DNA of 34,135 bases from an uncultured bacterium (GTDB lineage Bacteria; Hydrogenedentota; Hydrogenedentia; Hydrogenedentales; JAEUWI01): NCBI GenBank assembly GCA_963977445.1, contig CAXBPH010000044.1:1-34135 (forward strand). Direction: 5' to 3'. This document shows positions 15,695 through 26,035 of the stretch, in pieces. Both the position numbers and the translations under genes were made by a program. Position 1 is the first letter of the stretch. Each line of letters opens with the position of its first letter. A model generated the notes under the pieces. The model made no database searches and was not told the DNA's origin. It saw nothing but the letters and a program-made list of their open reading frames with translations.

Positions 15695-16924
15695 ATGCAC
15701 GAAATATTTCTAATCAGCGTCAATGGCGAAGACCGTCCCGGCGTCACCCACTCACTGAGTACAATCCTGGCCACCTACGACGTAACCATTCTCGATATCG
15801 GTCAGGCTGTAATTCATAAAATGCTTTCCCTCGGCATGCTGGTGCGTGTCCCCGACACCGCCCATTCCGCGCCCATACTCAAGGATCTCCTCTTCAAGGC
15901 CCACGAACTCGGCGTTCAGATTCAGTTTGAACCGGTACCGGTGGAAGACTACAACCTCTGGGTATCCCAACAAGGCAAAGCGCGCCATATTATCACCCTC
16001 CTGGGCGAGCGCCTCGAAGCCGAGCATATCGCCTCGGTAACGGAACTGCTCGCGACCCATGGCCTCAATATCGACATAATTCACCGCCTTTCCGGCCGTA
16101 TTCCTATGGATGAGATGGCAAAGGCCCCCTATGCCTGCGTGGAAATGTCGGTTCGGGGTATCGCGGAGGATGCCGACGAACTCCGGGCGCGTTTTCTGCA
16201 ACTCTCTCACGATACGGGTATAGACATTGCCTTCCAGGCCGACGACCTCTATCGACGGCACCGTCGACTCGTGGCCTTCGATATGGATTCCACCCTGATA
16301 CAGACCGAGGTCATCGACGAGCTTGCCAAAGCCGCCGGCGTCGGGGAAGAAGTCTCCACCATCACCGAAGCCGCCATGCGGGGCGAGTTGGATTTCAAAG
16401 AGAGTCTCCGACAGCGTCTCGCCCTTCTTAAGGGACTGGACGAGTCTGTCATGGCCGGCATCGCCGAGCGCCTGCCCCTGACAGATGGTGCCGAGCGCCT
16501 CTTGTCCATGTTGAATCATCTGGGGTATACAACAGCTATCATTTCGGGCGGCTTCACCTATTTTGGCAACTATCTCCAGAAGAAACTCGGTGTCGATTAT
16601 GTTTTCGCCAATGAACTGGAAATCATCGACGGCAAACTAACGGGCAATGTAATTGGTGACATCGTGGATGGTGAAAAAAAGGCGGATTGCCTCCGGCAGT
16701 TAGCCCAAGAAGAGAATATCAGCCTCCACCAGGTCGTTGCCGTTGGGGATGGGGCCAATGATTTACCCATGCTCCGTCTTGCCGGCCTGGGCATCGCCTT
16801 CCGGGCAAAACCCCTGGTGATACAACACGCCCGTCACGCCTTGTCAACGGTTGGACTCGATGGCATCCTCTACTTGATTGGTGTTCGTGATCGGGAAGCC
16901 ACGGAACTCCCGCTGGCTGAGTAA
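15695..16924 (+). CDS. serB: Phosphoserine phosphatase with two N-terminal ACT domains
   Basis: ACT motif GEDRPGV, HAD motifs FDMDSTLI, ISGGF and VGDGANDL, EVIDELA, AMRGELDF. Confidence 0.96.
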   Translation: MHEIFLISVNGEDRPGVTHSLSTILATYDVTILDIGQAVIHKMLSLGMLVRVPDTAHSAPILKDLLFKAHELGVQIQFEPVPVEDYNLWVSQQGKARHIITLLGERLEAEHIASVTELLATHGLNIDIIHRLSGRIPMDEMAKAPYACVEMSVRGIAEDADELRARFLQLSHDTGIDIAFQADDLYRRHRRLVAFDMDSTLIQTEVIDELAKAAGVGEEVSTITEAAMRGELDFKESLRQRLALLKGLDESVMAGIAERLPLTDGAERLLSMLNHLGYTTAIISGGFTYFGNYLQKKLGVDYVFANELEIIDGKLTGNVIGDIVDGEKKADCLRQLAQEENISLHQVVAVGDGANDLPMLRLAGLGIAFRAKPLVIQHARHALSTVGLDGILYLIGVRDREATELPLAE

Positions 16925-17040
16925 GGGCGCAACGACCCAGTCTATCGAGGTCGGCACGGTGAAAGAGGCCGCCACCGCCCCCCTTGATTCAGAAAGGTTT
17001 TCGTGACATGGCGACTCCCTTCACGGTATAGTTTTGTCGT

Positions 17041-17913
17041 ATGATAACGCTGAGTTTCCTAGTGGCCCTTTGGGCCGCCCTGATTACCTGCCCCGTCGGC
17101 ATAGCCTATGGGAAGCGCCTGTTCCGCCGTGGCTTTCTTCTCAATGACCAGATTCGGGTGCGTGATTGCCCCCTGATTCCCATTGGTGGGATACTTTTCG
17201 TAGTCGCCCATATCCTCACTGGAACGATCACGGGCAATCCGACCATCGGTTGGGCCTTACCCGTGCCAATCGAATACTATTTGACCCCATCGCTTTGGGT
17301 GTTAAAAATTGTTTTTGCTACCTTTGCCCTATCGGCAATTGCGACGGTGGGATACCGCCAGGGTCATCCGCTCCGATTGCCCATACTCCTGTTCTCCGTG
17401 GTGGTTGTACTTGGCATGGACCAGTTAACGCGTCGCTCGGTCCAGCCCAATCTTGGGCAAATCCAGGACAAAACCCTCGGTGGCATCATCCTCCAGACCA
17501 ATCCATCGACCTGTGCTGCGGCGTCGGCAGCCAATATTGCCCGCCATTTCGGCATCCATACGAACGAAGCGGATATGGTGCAGCGACTCAACACGACCTG
17601 GGCGGGCACCAGTCCCGCCCAATTGATCTATGGGTTTCGCGCCCTGGGTCTCCAGGCGGTAAAAGTAAATGTAGCGGACCTGGATCTGAATCAGGTTCAT
17701 CCGCCCGCGATTCTCCTTGTGAAAGCGGGCGGGGAGGCGGATGCCCACGCCGTGGCCTATATGGGCCGTATTGGACCGGCATTTGAAGTGTGGGACCCCA
17801 ACAATGGCCGAAAACTCCTCGATGCAGAAGCCATTCGGGAGCGTTGGGATGGCCACGCTATCGAAGTAAAGCGCCCGCAACGTGTTGAGCAGGATCCGCC
17901 GGGAGTGGTATGA
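17041..17913 (+). CDS. Membrane protein with C-terminal C39-like cysteine peptidase domain
   Basis: About four N-terminal hydrophobic segments, then QTNPSTCAAAS (Q-x5-C), AHAV (His) and WDP (Asp), with W.G at the domain end. Confidence 0.75.
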   Translation: MITLSFLVALWAALITCPVGIAYGKRLFRRGFLLNDQIRVRDCPLIPIGGILFVVAHILTGTITGNPTIGWALPVPIEYYLTPSLWVLKIVFATFALSAIATVGYRQGHPLRLPILLFSVVVVLGMDQLTRRSVQPNLGQIQDKTLGGIILQTNPSTCAAASAANIARHFGIHTNEADMVQRLNTTWAGTSPAQLIYGFRALGLQAVKVNVADLDLNQVHPPAILLVKAGGEADAHAVAYMGRIGPAFEVWDPNNGRKLLDAEAIRERWDGHAIEVKRPQRVEQDPPGVV

Positions 17914-18057
17914 TTCCACACAGCCTCTGATCGTAACTCCGGTGCGGCTTCTTGAGCAGGAATGCCGTCTGGATGTCACTGCTTCAAAACACACGGAACA
18001 GGTAGGTTCGGGGCAGCCCAATTTACCCGCCCATTATCATCAACAAGGAAAAGTCGT

Positions 18058-19302
18058 TTGAAAACCCTTACCGTTCAGGTCCGCGACGATCATCTTGAAA
18101 CCATCGCGAAAACCAAGCCGATGACAGCCATTGCAGAGTTGATCTGGAATGCCCTGGATGCGGAAGCGACCACGGTAAATGTGGTGTTTGAGCAAAATGA
18201 GCTGGATGGCCTGGAAGCCATTCATATCATCGATAACGGCAATGGACTTCACTACGACGACGGTATTTTGGTCTTTCAGAGCCTCGGTGGCTCCTGGAAG
18301 AGTCCCAATGGGCGAACCCACGCGCTCCACAGGGAATTACACGGAAAATATGGCAAGGGCCGTTTTCGGGCCTTTACGCTCGGCTCCCATGCCTCCTGGA
18401 ACACCGTCTATGAAGAAGCGGGGGACCGCTACGCCTTCAGTATTTCCGGTAAGGCCGAGGCCTTGGGCCAGTTCTACGTCACCAATGCCAAAGGGGCCCC
18501 TGAGGCCGCTACAGGCATGACCGTATCCATATTGAACCCACCCCTCAATTGCGGCGTCCTCCTTGGGGTAAAAGCCCTACAGGAAGTGACCGATGTATTC
18601 GCCCTGTACCTCCGCCAGTACCCCAATGTTCGTATTACATTCAACAAAACGGTCATTGACCCGGCTAACGCGGAGAACGGCTTCGCCCGCTATACCCTTG
18701 AACCACTGATTATGGAAAACGGCGAGCGGGTCACTGCGGAACTGGAAGTGGTGGAGTGGAATATCTCCGGTAAACGCGGCGTCTATCTATGCGACGAGCA
18801 CGGATTTACCCGTCACAACGCCTTACCCCGACTCCACTTTCGCGGCTTCAGTTACAGCGCCTACCTCAAGTCCTCTCATATAACCGTTCTCGACCGGGAA
18901 GGCTTGCTCCAGGCCGGGGAATTGTGTGCGGACGTGCGCCAGATCCTGGACCAGACCCGGGCCAAGTTGCGGGAGCATTTTACCCTGCAGGAAGCCAAGC
19001 GGGCCGTCGACACCCTGGAACAGTGGCAGGCAGAATCGATTTATCCCTATCTCGGGGCCACCCGCACGGATGCGGAGTCCAATGAACGGCGCATATTCGA
19101 TATCTACGCCACCCATCTTCATCAGATCTTCCCAGAGTTTGCCGGTGCGAGTACCCGAAGCAAACGCCTTACCTTGTCACTGCTGAAAGAGCTTGTCGCT
19201 TCTGAGCCGACACGGGTGGCCCGGGTGCTTGATCAGGTATTGGATTTCCCCGAAGAAAAAGAAGAGGCCGTTCTGGAACTTATGCAGCGGCATTCGGGCT
19301 GA
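18058..19302 (+). CDS. GHKL (HATPase_c_3, MORC-like) ATP-binding protein
   Basis: Bergerat-fold motifs AELIWNALDA, IIDNGNG, HGKYGKGRF and TGMTV. TTG start at 18058 with AAGGA RBS. Confidence 0.85.
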   Translation: MKTLTVQVRDDHLETIAKTKPMTAIAELIWNALDAEATTVNVVFEQNELDGLEAIHIIDNGNGLHYDDGILVFQSLGGSWKSPNGRTHALHRELHGKYGKGRFRAFTLGSHASWNTVYEEAGDRYAFSISGKAEALGQFYVTNAKGAPEAATGMTVSILNPPLNCGVLLGVKALQEVTDVFALYLRQYPNVRITFNKTVIDPANAENGFARYTLEPLIMENGERVTAELEVVEWNISGKRGVYLCDEHGFTRHNALPRLHFRGFSYSAYLKSSHITVLDREGLLQAGELCADVRQILDQTRAKLREHFTLQEAKRAVDTLEQWQAESIYPYLGATRTDAESNERRIFDIYATHLHQIFPEFAGASTRSKRLTLSLLKELVASEPTRVARVLDQVLDFPEEKEEAVLELMQRHSG

Positions 19303-19377
19303 CCCACAGCCAAGCCTCGCGATTCACAGGGACGGGCACCTGCCCTCGAAGGCAAGACAAAATGCAGGTAAGGCGTC

Positions 19378-20637
19378 TCAGATTTTGAAGGAGAGGGCCG
19401 GATCCAGCAAGGGGGAGTGGGAGAGTGGCTCGACGATCCGATCGAGGGATTGGGCAACGTGTTCACCTTCATGCCGTATCCACGTTTCGGTGGCTTGTGG
19501 ATGGGCACCAACCTGGGCCTTGGCCTTCAAGGCAGACCGCCCGAATTCGATGCGACGACACCCCATGGACAGCCCATCGGAGATAACCGTTTGAAGGAGC
19601 GCGGGCAAGAGGGGTACGCCTGCCGATTTTTCCTGATCCCAGCCAAGGCAATAGCAAACCGCCGCATCTCGATCTCGAAGGGTCAACACGAAGGCGACCA
19701 GCGTCTCGCCAGAGAAGTACCCGCTACAGCGAAACCCGTCTTTTCCCAGTGTCTTCGCGAGTGAGGGAATCAAAGTGGCGGGCAGGCTAATCGTCCCAGG
19801 CCCCTCCTGGCGTTGAACCCCCTCGTAGAGCTCATGCATGCGATGGGAAAAGGGCTCCAAGTCTACGATATCCCGCTGAACAAATCCCGCACGCCGCAAA
19901 TCCCGAGTTACACGATAAACACCCATCCGGTGACGGACGTTGAGGTGCTCGAGATAATCTTCATAAACCTTCCACCGATCCGGCATTTCCATATGCATGG
20001 CAGGACTTGCATTGATTCGGCGATACTGGCAGGACCGTAAGGCCCGCGCATCGGATTCAATGGTTGACGCAATATCTTTGATGACGACGTAGTCCCGTTC
20101 CTGAACGAAACCCTCCAGACGCTGTACCCGCTGTATAAATGCGGAGATGGCTGGCCACAGGGCACCTAACCGGTACTCGGGGTGGACGGCGACGCCGTGA
20201 AATCCGCTGGCAAAAAAATCCCCACAGATGATGTACTTACGGGAAGCAACGGAGCCCGCAGAGGAGCGCTGAATGAGCGCCGAGCCCGGCGCGAGGGTGC
20301 CTGCCCAGTCCCGAGTCACAAATAGGGCATCGGTCGTTTTAGGGGGCTGTATCCTTGTGGAAAGTAGCTGCAGTCGTATCGCTGCGACCGGAACTTCCCG
20401 ATCATAAATCAGCCCGAAACAATTGCGCAAATCCCGCGGACCTGACGCCGCGACGGCGTCGAGATAGGGGCGCGACATGAACAGAGATTGCCCCGCCGCC
20501 AACTGGTCCCAGTCGGAAACATTGAGATGGCTAAGACCTTCGGCAATGGCACAGGTAATATTAGATAGTGCCTTTTTCGACGAACGCCCTTGTCGGGTGA
20601 GCGCAATACTGCCCACTCTCCGTTGTCTTAATCGCAT
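19378..20637 (-). CDS. Tandem GNAT-fold / FemAB-like acyltransferase
   Basis: DWDQL..SLFMSRPYL, VVIKD, WKVYEDYLEHL, IEFGRSALKAKAQVGA. Start uncertain (ATG 20637 or GTG 20616). Confidence 0.7.
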   Translation of the reverse strand: MRLRQRRVGSIALTRQGRSSKKALSNITCAIAEGLSHLNVSDWDQLAAGQSLFMSRPYLDAVAASGPRDLRNCFGLIYDREVPVAAIRLQLLSTRIQPPKTTDALFVTRDWAGTLAPGSALIQRSSAGSVASRKYIICGDFFASGFHGVAVHPEYRLGALWPAISAFIQRVQRLEGFVQERDYVVIKDIASTIESDARALRSCQYRRINASPAMHMEMPDRWKVYEDYLEHLNVRHRMGVYRVTRDLRRAGFVQRDIVDLEPFSHRMHELYEGVQRQEGPGTISLPATLIPSLAKTLGKDGFRCSGYFSGETLVAFVLTLRDRDAAVCYCLGWDQEKSAGVPLLPALLQTVISDGLSMGCRRIEFGRSALKAKAQVGAHPQATETWIRHEGEHVAQSLDRIVEPLSHSPLLDPALSFKI

Positions 20638-20916
20638 TGGATGAGCCCTCAACACAGCGCATGCGGACCAAATTCCCAAGACGCACGTGACCAACTACCG
20701 GTGCTTTAACCGGGCGCGAATCAAACGAGATGGCGTCTCCCGTCTCTGCGGGCACTGCACAACGACCTTCTCGGCAAACACTGTACTCTCGATTACATAG
20801 TAGCCCATTACCGTTATTCATGCAACGGCTATTTTTTAGAAAAGGCACTGGCTGGGAATGTCCCTGGTAACTTTGTTAGCCTACCGGCGGCGTCACATCG
20901 ACTACGAAGGTTAGTA

Positions 20917-21951
20917 TTGACTCCAGACACACTATGTGTAGGACGAAAAAACCATATTAGCGCGGGCACGGTTACGGCAATTGCATGCATTCAATGCGTC
21001 GGGGCACAGGGGGCGTCCGAAATCGAAGCCCAACAGTTCACCATTTCGGGCCCAAATTCTGACGCATACAATATCGAAGACGGACGGGCCGCTATTAATG
21101 CCGCCAGTGGGAATGTGAACATCGGCGGCACCTCGGCCTCCCGTGCGGACGACGCGGTGTTCCTATCTTCGGGATTCGTAGCAAGAATCTCTGGCGCGGG
21201 CGAAGGCATCTGGTGGCAAGAGGTCGCCACGGTAGAAACCGATTTCCAAAGCGACATACGCTGCCTGGCCAATGCACCGGAAGACGGCGTGCTGGCCGGT
21301 GGTTCTGAAGGCAATGTGGGCTATCTTGTTCGTACCGACGCCGACGGAACCACCCTATGGGAAGAACGCCTCGAAGGGACGGGGATTGGGCGGGTCAGCC
21401 ACATCCAGGCACTGTCCGATGACACCTATCTGGCCGTGGGCGAACCCGTCTATCGGAGTAGTGAACGCGGCTCCGGAATGGTCTCCCTGTTCACCGTAGA
21501 CGACACAGGCGCCCTATCCACACCCATCTTTTATGGCTCCGAAACCCTGGAGATCTTTCTGGATTTCGTGCCGCTGAATCCCGATGAATATCTGTTGCTC
21601 AGCAGTGCATCTACCGATTCAGAATACACCCCGAATCTCCGCCTCCGTTTTGTAGATGGCGCAGGCCAACTGATGTCGGAAAAACAGCAAACTGATGTCG
21701 AGCGCTATCCACTGAGTTTCATTCATTCACTTGGGGAGGGACAGGCCGTGCTACTGCGCTTTCGCGCAACGGAGGGGCAACTCGACGGTGTACTCAGAAC
21801 GGAAAGAATTCAGGATCGTACCGCGCAAAGCGGGACAACCATCGACTGTCCGATTCGGGGCACCAAGATAGCAGGCACCCTGGCCCTCACCAAGACCCGC
21901 TTCGCTGTGGCAACCTACAGTTCATACGCTTCTCTCGAAACTTCACAATAA
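20917..21951 (+). pseudogene. Probable exported beta-propeller-like protein, 3'-truncated by the IS remnant
   Basis: Repeated blade-like motifs (RISGAGEGIWW, RTDADGTTLWE, TVDDTG, FVDGAGQL) and a weak signal-like N-terminus. The last ~8 codons and the stop lie on the antisense strand of the transposase fragment. Confidence 0.55.
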
Positions 21952-22177
21952 AATCCTCGGTCGATTCGTCCAACCGATGTGGGCAATGATGGGGGCGGCA
22001 CGACTGATTCTCCAAGCCCTCTAACCCGCCGGTCCTATATCGTTCAAGCCACTTATAACCGCACGGACGCGAAATCCCGTAACGACGACACAACTCGGCC
22101 ATACTCCAGTTTCCAGACTCATAATCCACAACAAACCGGATTCGTTCATCCATCGCATTCGTCTCCTTCCACGACAT
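21887..22177 (-). pseudogene. IS481-family transposase fragment (N-terminal HTH only)
   Basis: MSWKETNAMDERIRFV...MAELCRRYGISRPCGYKWLERY..GLEGLENQSCRPHHCP with AAGGAG RBS. Transposase-like sequence ends near KFREKR and there is no DDE domain. Confidence 0.88.
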
Positions 22178-22262
22178 CGCAGATCTCCTTTCTGCAATAT
22201 AGTGAATGATCTGTAAACGATGTTCCCGGTCTGATCTGTAAACAGTGTATCCGGTCTGTACC
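21925..22262 (-). mobile_element. IS481-family remnant: left end plus the start of the transposase
   Basis: Minus-strand end reads GGTACAGACCGG (IS481 ends are normally TGT). Two tandem 25-bp repeats GATCTGTAAACnnTGTnnCCGGTCT at 22208-22232 and 22233-22257. The lower boundary is approximate. Confidence 0.8.
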
Positions 22263-22272
22263 TTTGGCCCGT

Positions 22273-22295
22273 GCAGGCGGGCCGCCTGCGCTCCC
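22273..22295. repeat. Single REP-like palindrome next to the IS end
   Basis: GCAGGCG-GGC-CGCCTGC-GCTCCC: a 7-bp stem plus RCTCC tail, the same layout as 2457-2479. Confidence 0.55.
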
Positions 22296-22575
22296 AATTG
22301 TCAAAGGCTTCTTTTAGGGCCATAGCGGTCAAGCTGCCGGTGCGTTGGCCTCTTTCAGGAGCTCGCCGGCACTGCTGAAATTAGCGAACCGGATTTGATC
22401 GAGGTTCTATCTTCGCGTATTTAGAGCAGAGTTCCAGGTGCGGATAGAGGACATCCTCAGACTCACGCTCCGACCACACGATATAGCGCCGCCGTGCACC
22501 TGCACACCTGCCTGTGCTATAGTTTGCGCCTCAATTGTTTCCCGAACCCATCACCGGCGGAGTTATACCCAAGCC

Positions 22576-25104
22576 ATGTCCAACGGCAATTATGAGCATC
22601 AGGATATCGAAAAAAAGTGGCAGGCGTTCTGGCTTGAAAACAAGTCTTTCAAGACCGTCCTCGACACCTCAAAGCCCAAGTATTACTGCCTGGACATGTT
22701 TCCCTATCCCAGCGGCGATGGGCTTCATGCAGGCCATCCGGAAGGCTACACGGCCACGGATATCATCTCGCGCTACAAGCGGATGAACGGGTTCAACGTG
22801 TTGCATCCTATGGGGTGGGACGCCTTCGGCCTGCCCGCCGAGCGCCACGCCGTCCGCACGGGCGAGCACCCGGCCATCATCACCAACAAAAACTGCGACA
22901 ATTTCCGCAACCAGATTCAGGCCTTGGGCCTTTCCTATGACTGGGACCGGGAAATCAACACGACCGATCCCAAGTACTATAAATGGACCCAGTGGATATT
23001 CAAGGTGCTCTACGACCGTGGCCTGGCCTACGAAGTCGAAGCTCCCGTCAACTGGTGTCCCGCCCTGGCCACCGTACTCGCCAACGAAGAAGTGAAAGAC
23101 GGCAAGTATGTGGATACAGGCGATCCCGTTGAAAAGCGCATGATGCGCCAGTGGATGCTCAAGATCACCGAGTATGCCGAGCGCCTCCTGGACGATCTCG
23201 ACGATCTCGATTGGCCCGACGGCATCAAGGCCATGCAGCGGGAGTGGATCGGAAAAAGCACCGGTGCCGACGTCGACTTTATGGTCGTGGGCTCTGGCGA
23301 TGTCTTTACCGTCTTTACCACCCGTCCCGACACGCTTTTTGGTGCCACCTATTGCGTCCTGGCCCCCGATCATCCCCTCGTGAAGATCATTACGACCGAC
23401 GCCCAGCGTGCCGACGTAGAAGCCTACGTCGAAACGACCGGAAAAAAGAGCTCCCAGGACCGGATGCGCGATGACAAGGCCAAAACCGGTGTTTTCACTG
23501 GTGCCCTCGCCATCAATCCCGTCAATGGCAAAGATGTGCCCATCTGGATTTCCGACTATGTCCTCGCGGAATACGGCTACGGCGCCATTATGGCCGTTCC
23601 TGCCCACGACACCCGGGACTACGAGTTTGCAAAGACCTTCGGTTTACCCATCACCGAGGTCATTTCCGGGGGCAACATAGAGGAAGAAGCCTTTACCGGC
23701 AACGGCGTCCTCGTCAACTCCTCCTTTATCGACGGCATGGAAGTGACCGAAGCGAAGCAGTGCATGGTCGAATGGCTCGACGAGCAAGGCATCGGTAAGG
23801 GCACGATCAACTATAAACTCCGGGACTGGCTCTTTTCCCGTCAGCGTTATTGGGGCGAACCTTTCCCGCTCATCCGCACCGAAGACGGCACGATGAAGAC
23901 CCTGCCGCTGACCGATCTGCCCCTGACCTTGCCGGAAATGGATGCCTACAAGCCCACCGCCGACGGCGCGCCGCCCTTGGCCCGCGCCACGGAATGGATG
24001 AACACCACCGACGCAGAGACGGGGAAGCCCGCTGTCCGCGAAACCAACACCATGCCCCAGTGGGCCGGGTCCTGCTGGTATTTCCTCCGTTATTGCGACC
24101 CCACCAACGATGATATGGCCTGGTCGAAAGAAGCGGAAGAATACTGGATGCCCGTCGACCTCTATGTGGGTGGTGCCGAGCACGCTGTATTGCACCTGCT
24201 CTACTCCCGCTTCTGGCACAAGGTCCTCTACGACGCGGGTTTTGTCCACACCAAAGAGCCCTTCCAAAAGCTCTTCAATCAGGGCATGATCCTGGCCTAT
24301 TCCTACAAGGATGAACAGGGCAAGTATTACTACCCCCACCAGGTTGAAAAACAAGGTGAGGGCTATGTGGTCAAAGAATCAGGCACGCCCGTCCAGACCC
24401 AAAACGAAAAAATGAGCAAATCCCGCTACAACGTGGTCAATCCCGACGATGTGGTAAAGGAATATGGTGCCGACTCCATGCGGCTCTATGAGATGTTCAT
24501 GGGGCCCCTGGACCGGGACAAGCCCTGGACCGATGAGGGTGTACAGGGTGTACACCGATTCCTCAAACGGGCCTGGTCCCTTTTCGTCGATGGCGATACG
24601 GGTGCCCTCCATGAGCGCATCGTGGAGAGCGGGGGAGACGCCTCCATGGCCAAAGAACTTCACAAAACCATCAAGGCCGTGACCCACGATATCGAAACCA
24701 TGCTGTTCAACACGGCCATCGCGCGTATGATGGAATTCGTCAATGCCGCCATGAAGGTGAAGACCATCGACAAGGCCATCATGGAGCAATTTGCCCTGCT
24801 TCTTGCGCCCTTCGCGCCCCACTTGGGTGAAGAAGTGTGGCAACGCCTGGGTCACGAGGATACCCTCACCTACGCGGCTTGGCCCCAATGGGACGAGTCC
24901 TTGCTGGTGGAAAACACCATCACCTTGCCGGTTCAGCTCAATGGTAAGCCCCGCGACGTCATCGAGGTGGCCGTAGACGCCGACAAAGACACGATTCTGG
25001 CCGCAGCGAAGGCCGCACCCAAGGTGGCCGGGGCACTGGAAGGCAAGACCATCGTCAAAGAAATCTACGTACCCGGAAGAATCGTCAACCTGGTCGTAAA
25101 ATAG
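22576..25104 (+). CDS. leuS: Leucine--tRNA ligase
   Basis: [14 protein letters not shown] (HIGH), [10 protein letters not shown], editing domain [10 protein letters not shown] and [39 protein letters not shown] 22576, with an extended -10 TGCTATAGT at 22515-22523. Confidence 0.98.
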   Translation: MSNGNYEHQDIEKKWQAFWLENKSFKTVLDTSKPKYYCLDMFPYPSGDGLHAGHPEGYTATDIISRYKRMNGFNVLHPMGWDAFGLPAERHAVRTGEHPAIITNKNCDNFRNQIQALGLSYDWDREINTTDPKYYKWTQWIFKVLYDRGLAYEVEAPVNWCPALATVLANEEVKDGKYVDTGDPVEKRMMRQWMLKITEYAERLLDDLDDLDWPDGIKAMQREWIGKSTGADVDFMVVGSGDVFTVFTTRPDTLFGATYCVLAPDHPLVKIITTDAQRADVEAYVETTGKKSSQDRMRDDKAKTGVFTGALAINPVNGKDVPIWISDYVLAEYGYGAIMAVPAHDTRDYEFAKTFGLPITEVISGGNIEEEAFTGNGVLVNSSFIDGMEVTEAKQCMVEWLDEQGIGKGTINYKLRDWLFSRQRYWGEPFPLIRTEDGTMKTLPLTDLPLTLPEMDAYKPTADGAPPLARATEWMNTTDAETGKPAVRETNTMPQWAGSCWYFLRYCDPTNDDMAWSKEAEEYWMPVDLYVGGAEHAVLHLLYSRFWHKVLYDAGFVHTKEPFQKLFNQGMILAYSYKDEQGKYYYPHQVEKQGEGYVVKESGTPVQTQNEKMSKSRYNVVNPDDVVKEYGADSMRLYEMFMGPLDRDKPWTDEGVQGVHRFLKRAWSLFVDGDTGALHERIVESGGDASMAKELHKTIKAVTHDIETMLFNTAIARMMEFVNAAMKVKTIDKAIMEQFALLLAPFAPHLGEEVWQRLGHEDTLTYAAWPQWDESLLVENTITLPVQLNGKPRDVIEVAVDADKDTILAAAKAAPKVAGALEGKTIVKEIYVPGRIVNLVVK

Positions 25105-25195
25105 TCCCCGCCAATGGATGCACGACGTTGGTCGTCTATTGAATATTTTGGTTGGAAAATCGTCAACATAGTATCATGGTACCCATGCTGCATCG

Positions 25196-25348
25196 GTGCA
25201 GCGACATGATTTGTTTAACTACTTTTTGAAAGGTTGGTGTTCGGTGGGTTTGTTAGCGCTCGTTGTTGGAATTGCTTCCAACATCATCCAGTTTGTCGTA
25301 TTTACCATTCAGGCCATTCTTCTGGTCCTCTTCGGTCTTCCGCTCTAG
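25196..25348 (+). CDS. Putative small membrane protein (50 aa), not in the ORF track
   Basis: Hand translation from GTG 25196 (alternative TTG 25211): MQRHDLFNYFLKGWCSVGLLALVVGIASNIIQFVVFTIQAILLVLFGLPL*. No clear RBS. Confidence 0.45.
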   Translation: MQRHDLFNYFLKGWCSVGLLALVVGIASNIIQFVVFTIQAILLVLFGLPL

Positions 25349-25878
25349 GATGATCGCGGGGCTGCTGAGAACTCCTCGGAGTTCCAGTGCCCACTGGCAA
25401 TAGGAATGTCCCCGGTGGCCTGCGCCTTGATATAGGTCCAGGCCACCGTTGGACCCTTGTCGGTCAATAGCCCCACGAGAACCCGCTCGTAGAGGCTCTC
25501 TTTCTTGCTCGCAGGCTGGAAGCCTTCATAGTGATCCAGCAGGGGCATCACGTGTCGTGGGTTCTTCAACAGCACGATATCGCCCAATACCCAGCCCCAA
25601 TCTCCTGCCGCAGGTCCGCAATCGGGAATTTCCGTGGTGTGGCACCGGTCGGCATCATCCTCCGGCCGTGCCGTTCCCCGGGCCAGGATCTTCGCTTCGG
25701 GCACGTTCATCCCGGGATATCCGGCCGGTAAATGCCTCAATTCACCCCAGACTCGGGCCGGTGTTGTTTCAATCACATAATCTGCCAGGAGCATATAGTT
25801 TCGCCCGCCCGGTCGTAGTGTACCGTAGAGAAACAACGGTATGGCATCCCGACACATAGTAAAGCTTTCCGAGCTCAT
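25345..25878 (-). CDS. Gamma-glutamylcyclotransferase (GGCT/AIG2-like) family protein
   Basis: LFLYGTLRPG, GYPG, LDHYEG, LYER, AWTY, IASGHW. GAGGAG RBS before ATG 25878. Confidence 0.85.
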   Translation of the reverse strand: MSSESFTMCRDAIPLFLYGTLRPGGRNYMLLADYVIETTPARVWGELRHLPAGYPGMNVPEAKILARGTARPEDDADRCHTTEIPDCGPAAGDWGWVLGDIVLLKNPRHVMPLLDHYEGFQPASKKESLYERVLVGLLTDKGPTVAWTYIKAQATGDIPIASGHWNSEEFSAAPRSS

Positions 25879-26035
25879 TAAATCACTCCTCAATAGGCTT
25901 GAAGACGGGGGGAGGTCATCGGGTATTCCGCCCTGAAACACGGCCGTCCAGCTGAACGTTGTCCCCGTGAGTATACAAAAAAACCGTCTTTCGCACTTCT
26001 CAGCGCGAAAGACGGTCTTCAAAAATCAGGAATAC

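Noticed and set aside
22208..22257. 25-bp tandem repeat as a CRISPR or iteron array
   Set aside because: Two adjacent copies with no spacer, located at an IS481 end, where repeated transposase-binding sites are expected.
22296..22575. T-box leader or N-terminal extension of leuS
   Set aside because: No T-box consensus or terminator was seen, and an extended -10 lies about 50 nt before ATG 22576.
22727..22737. HAGH instead of HIGH/HMGH in LeuRS
   Set aside because: The second position of this motif is variable and all other catalytic and editing motifs are intact.
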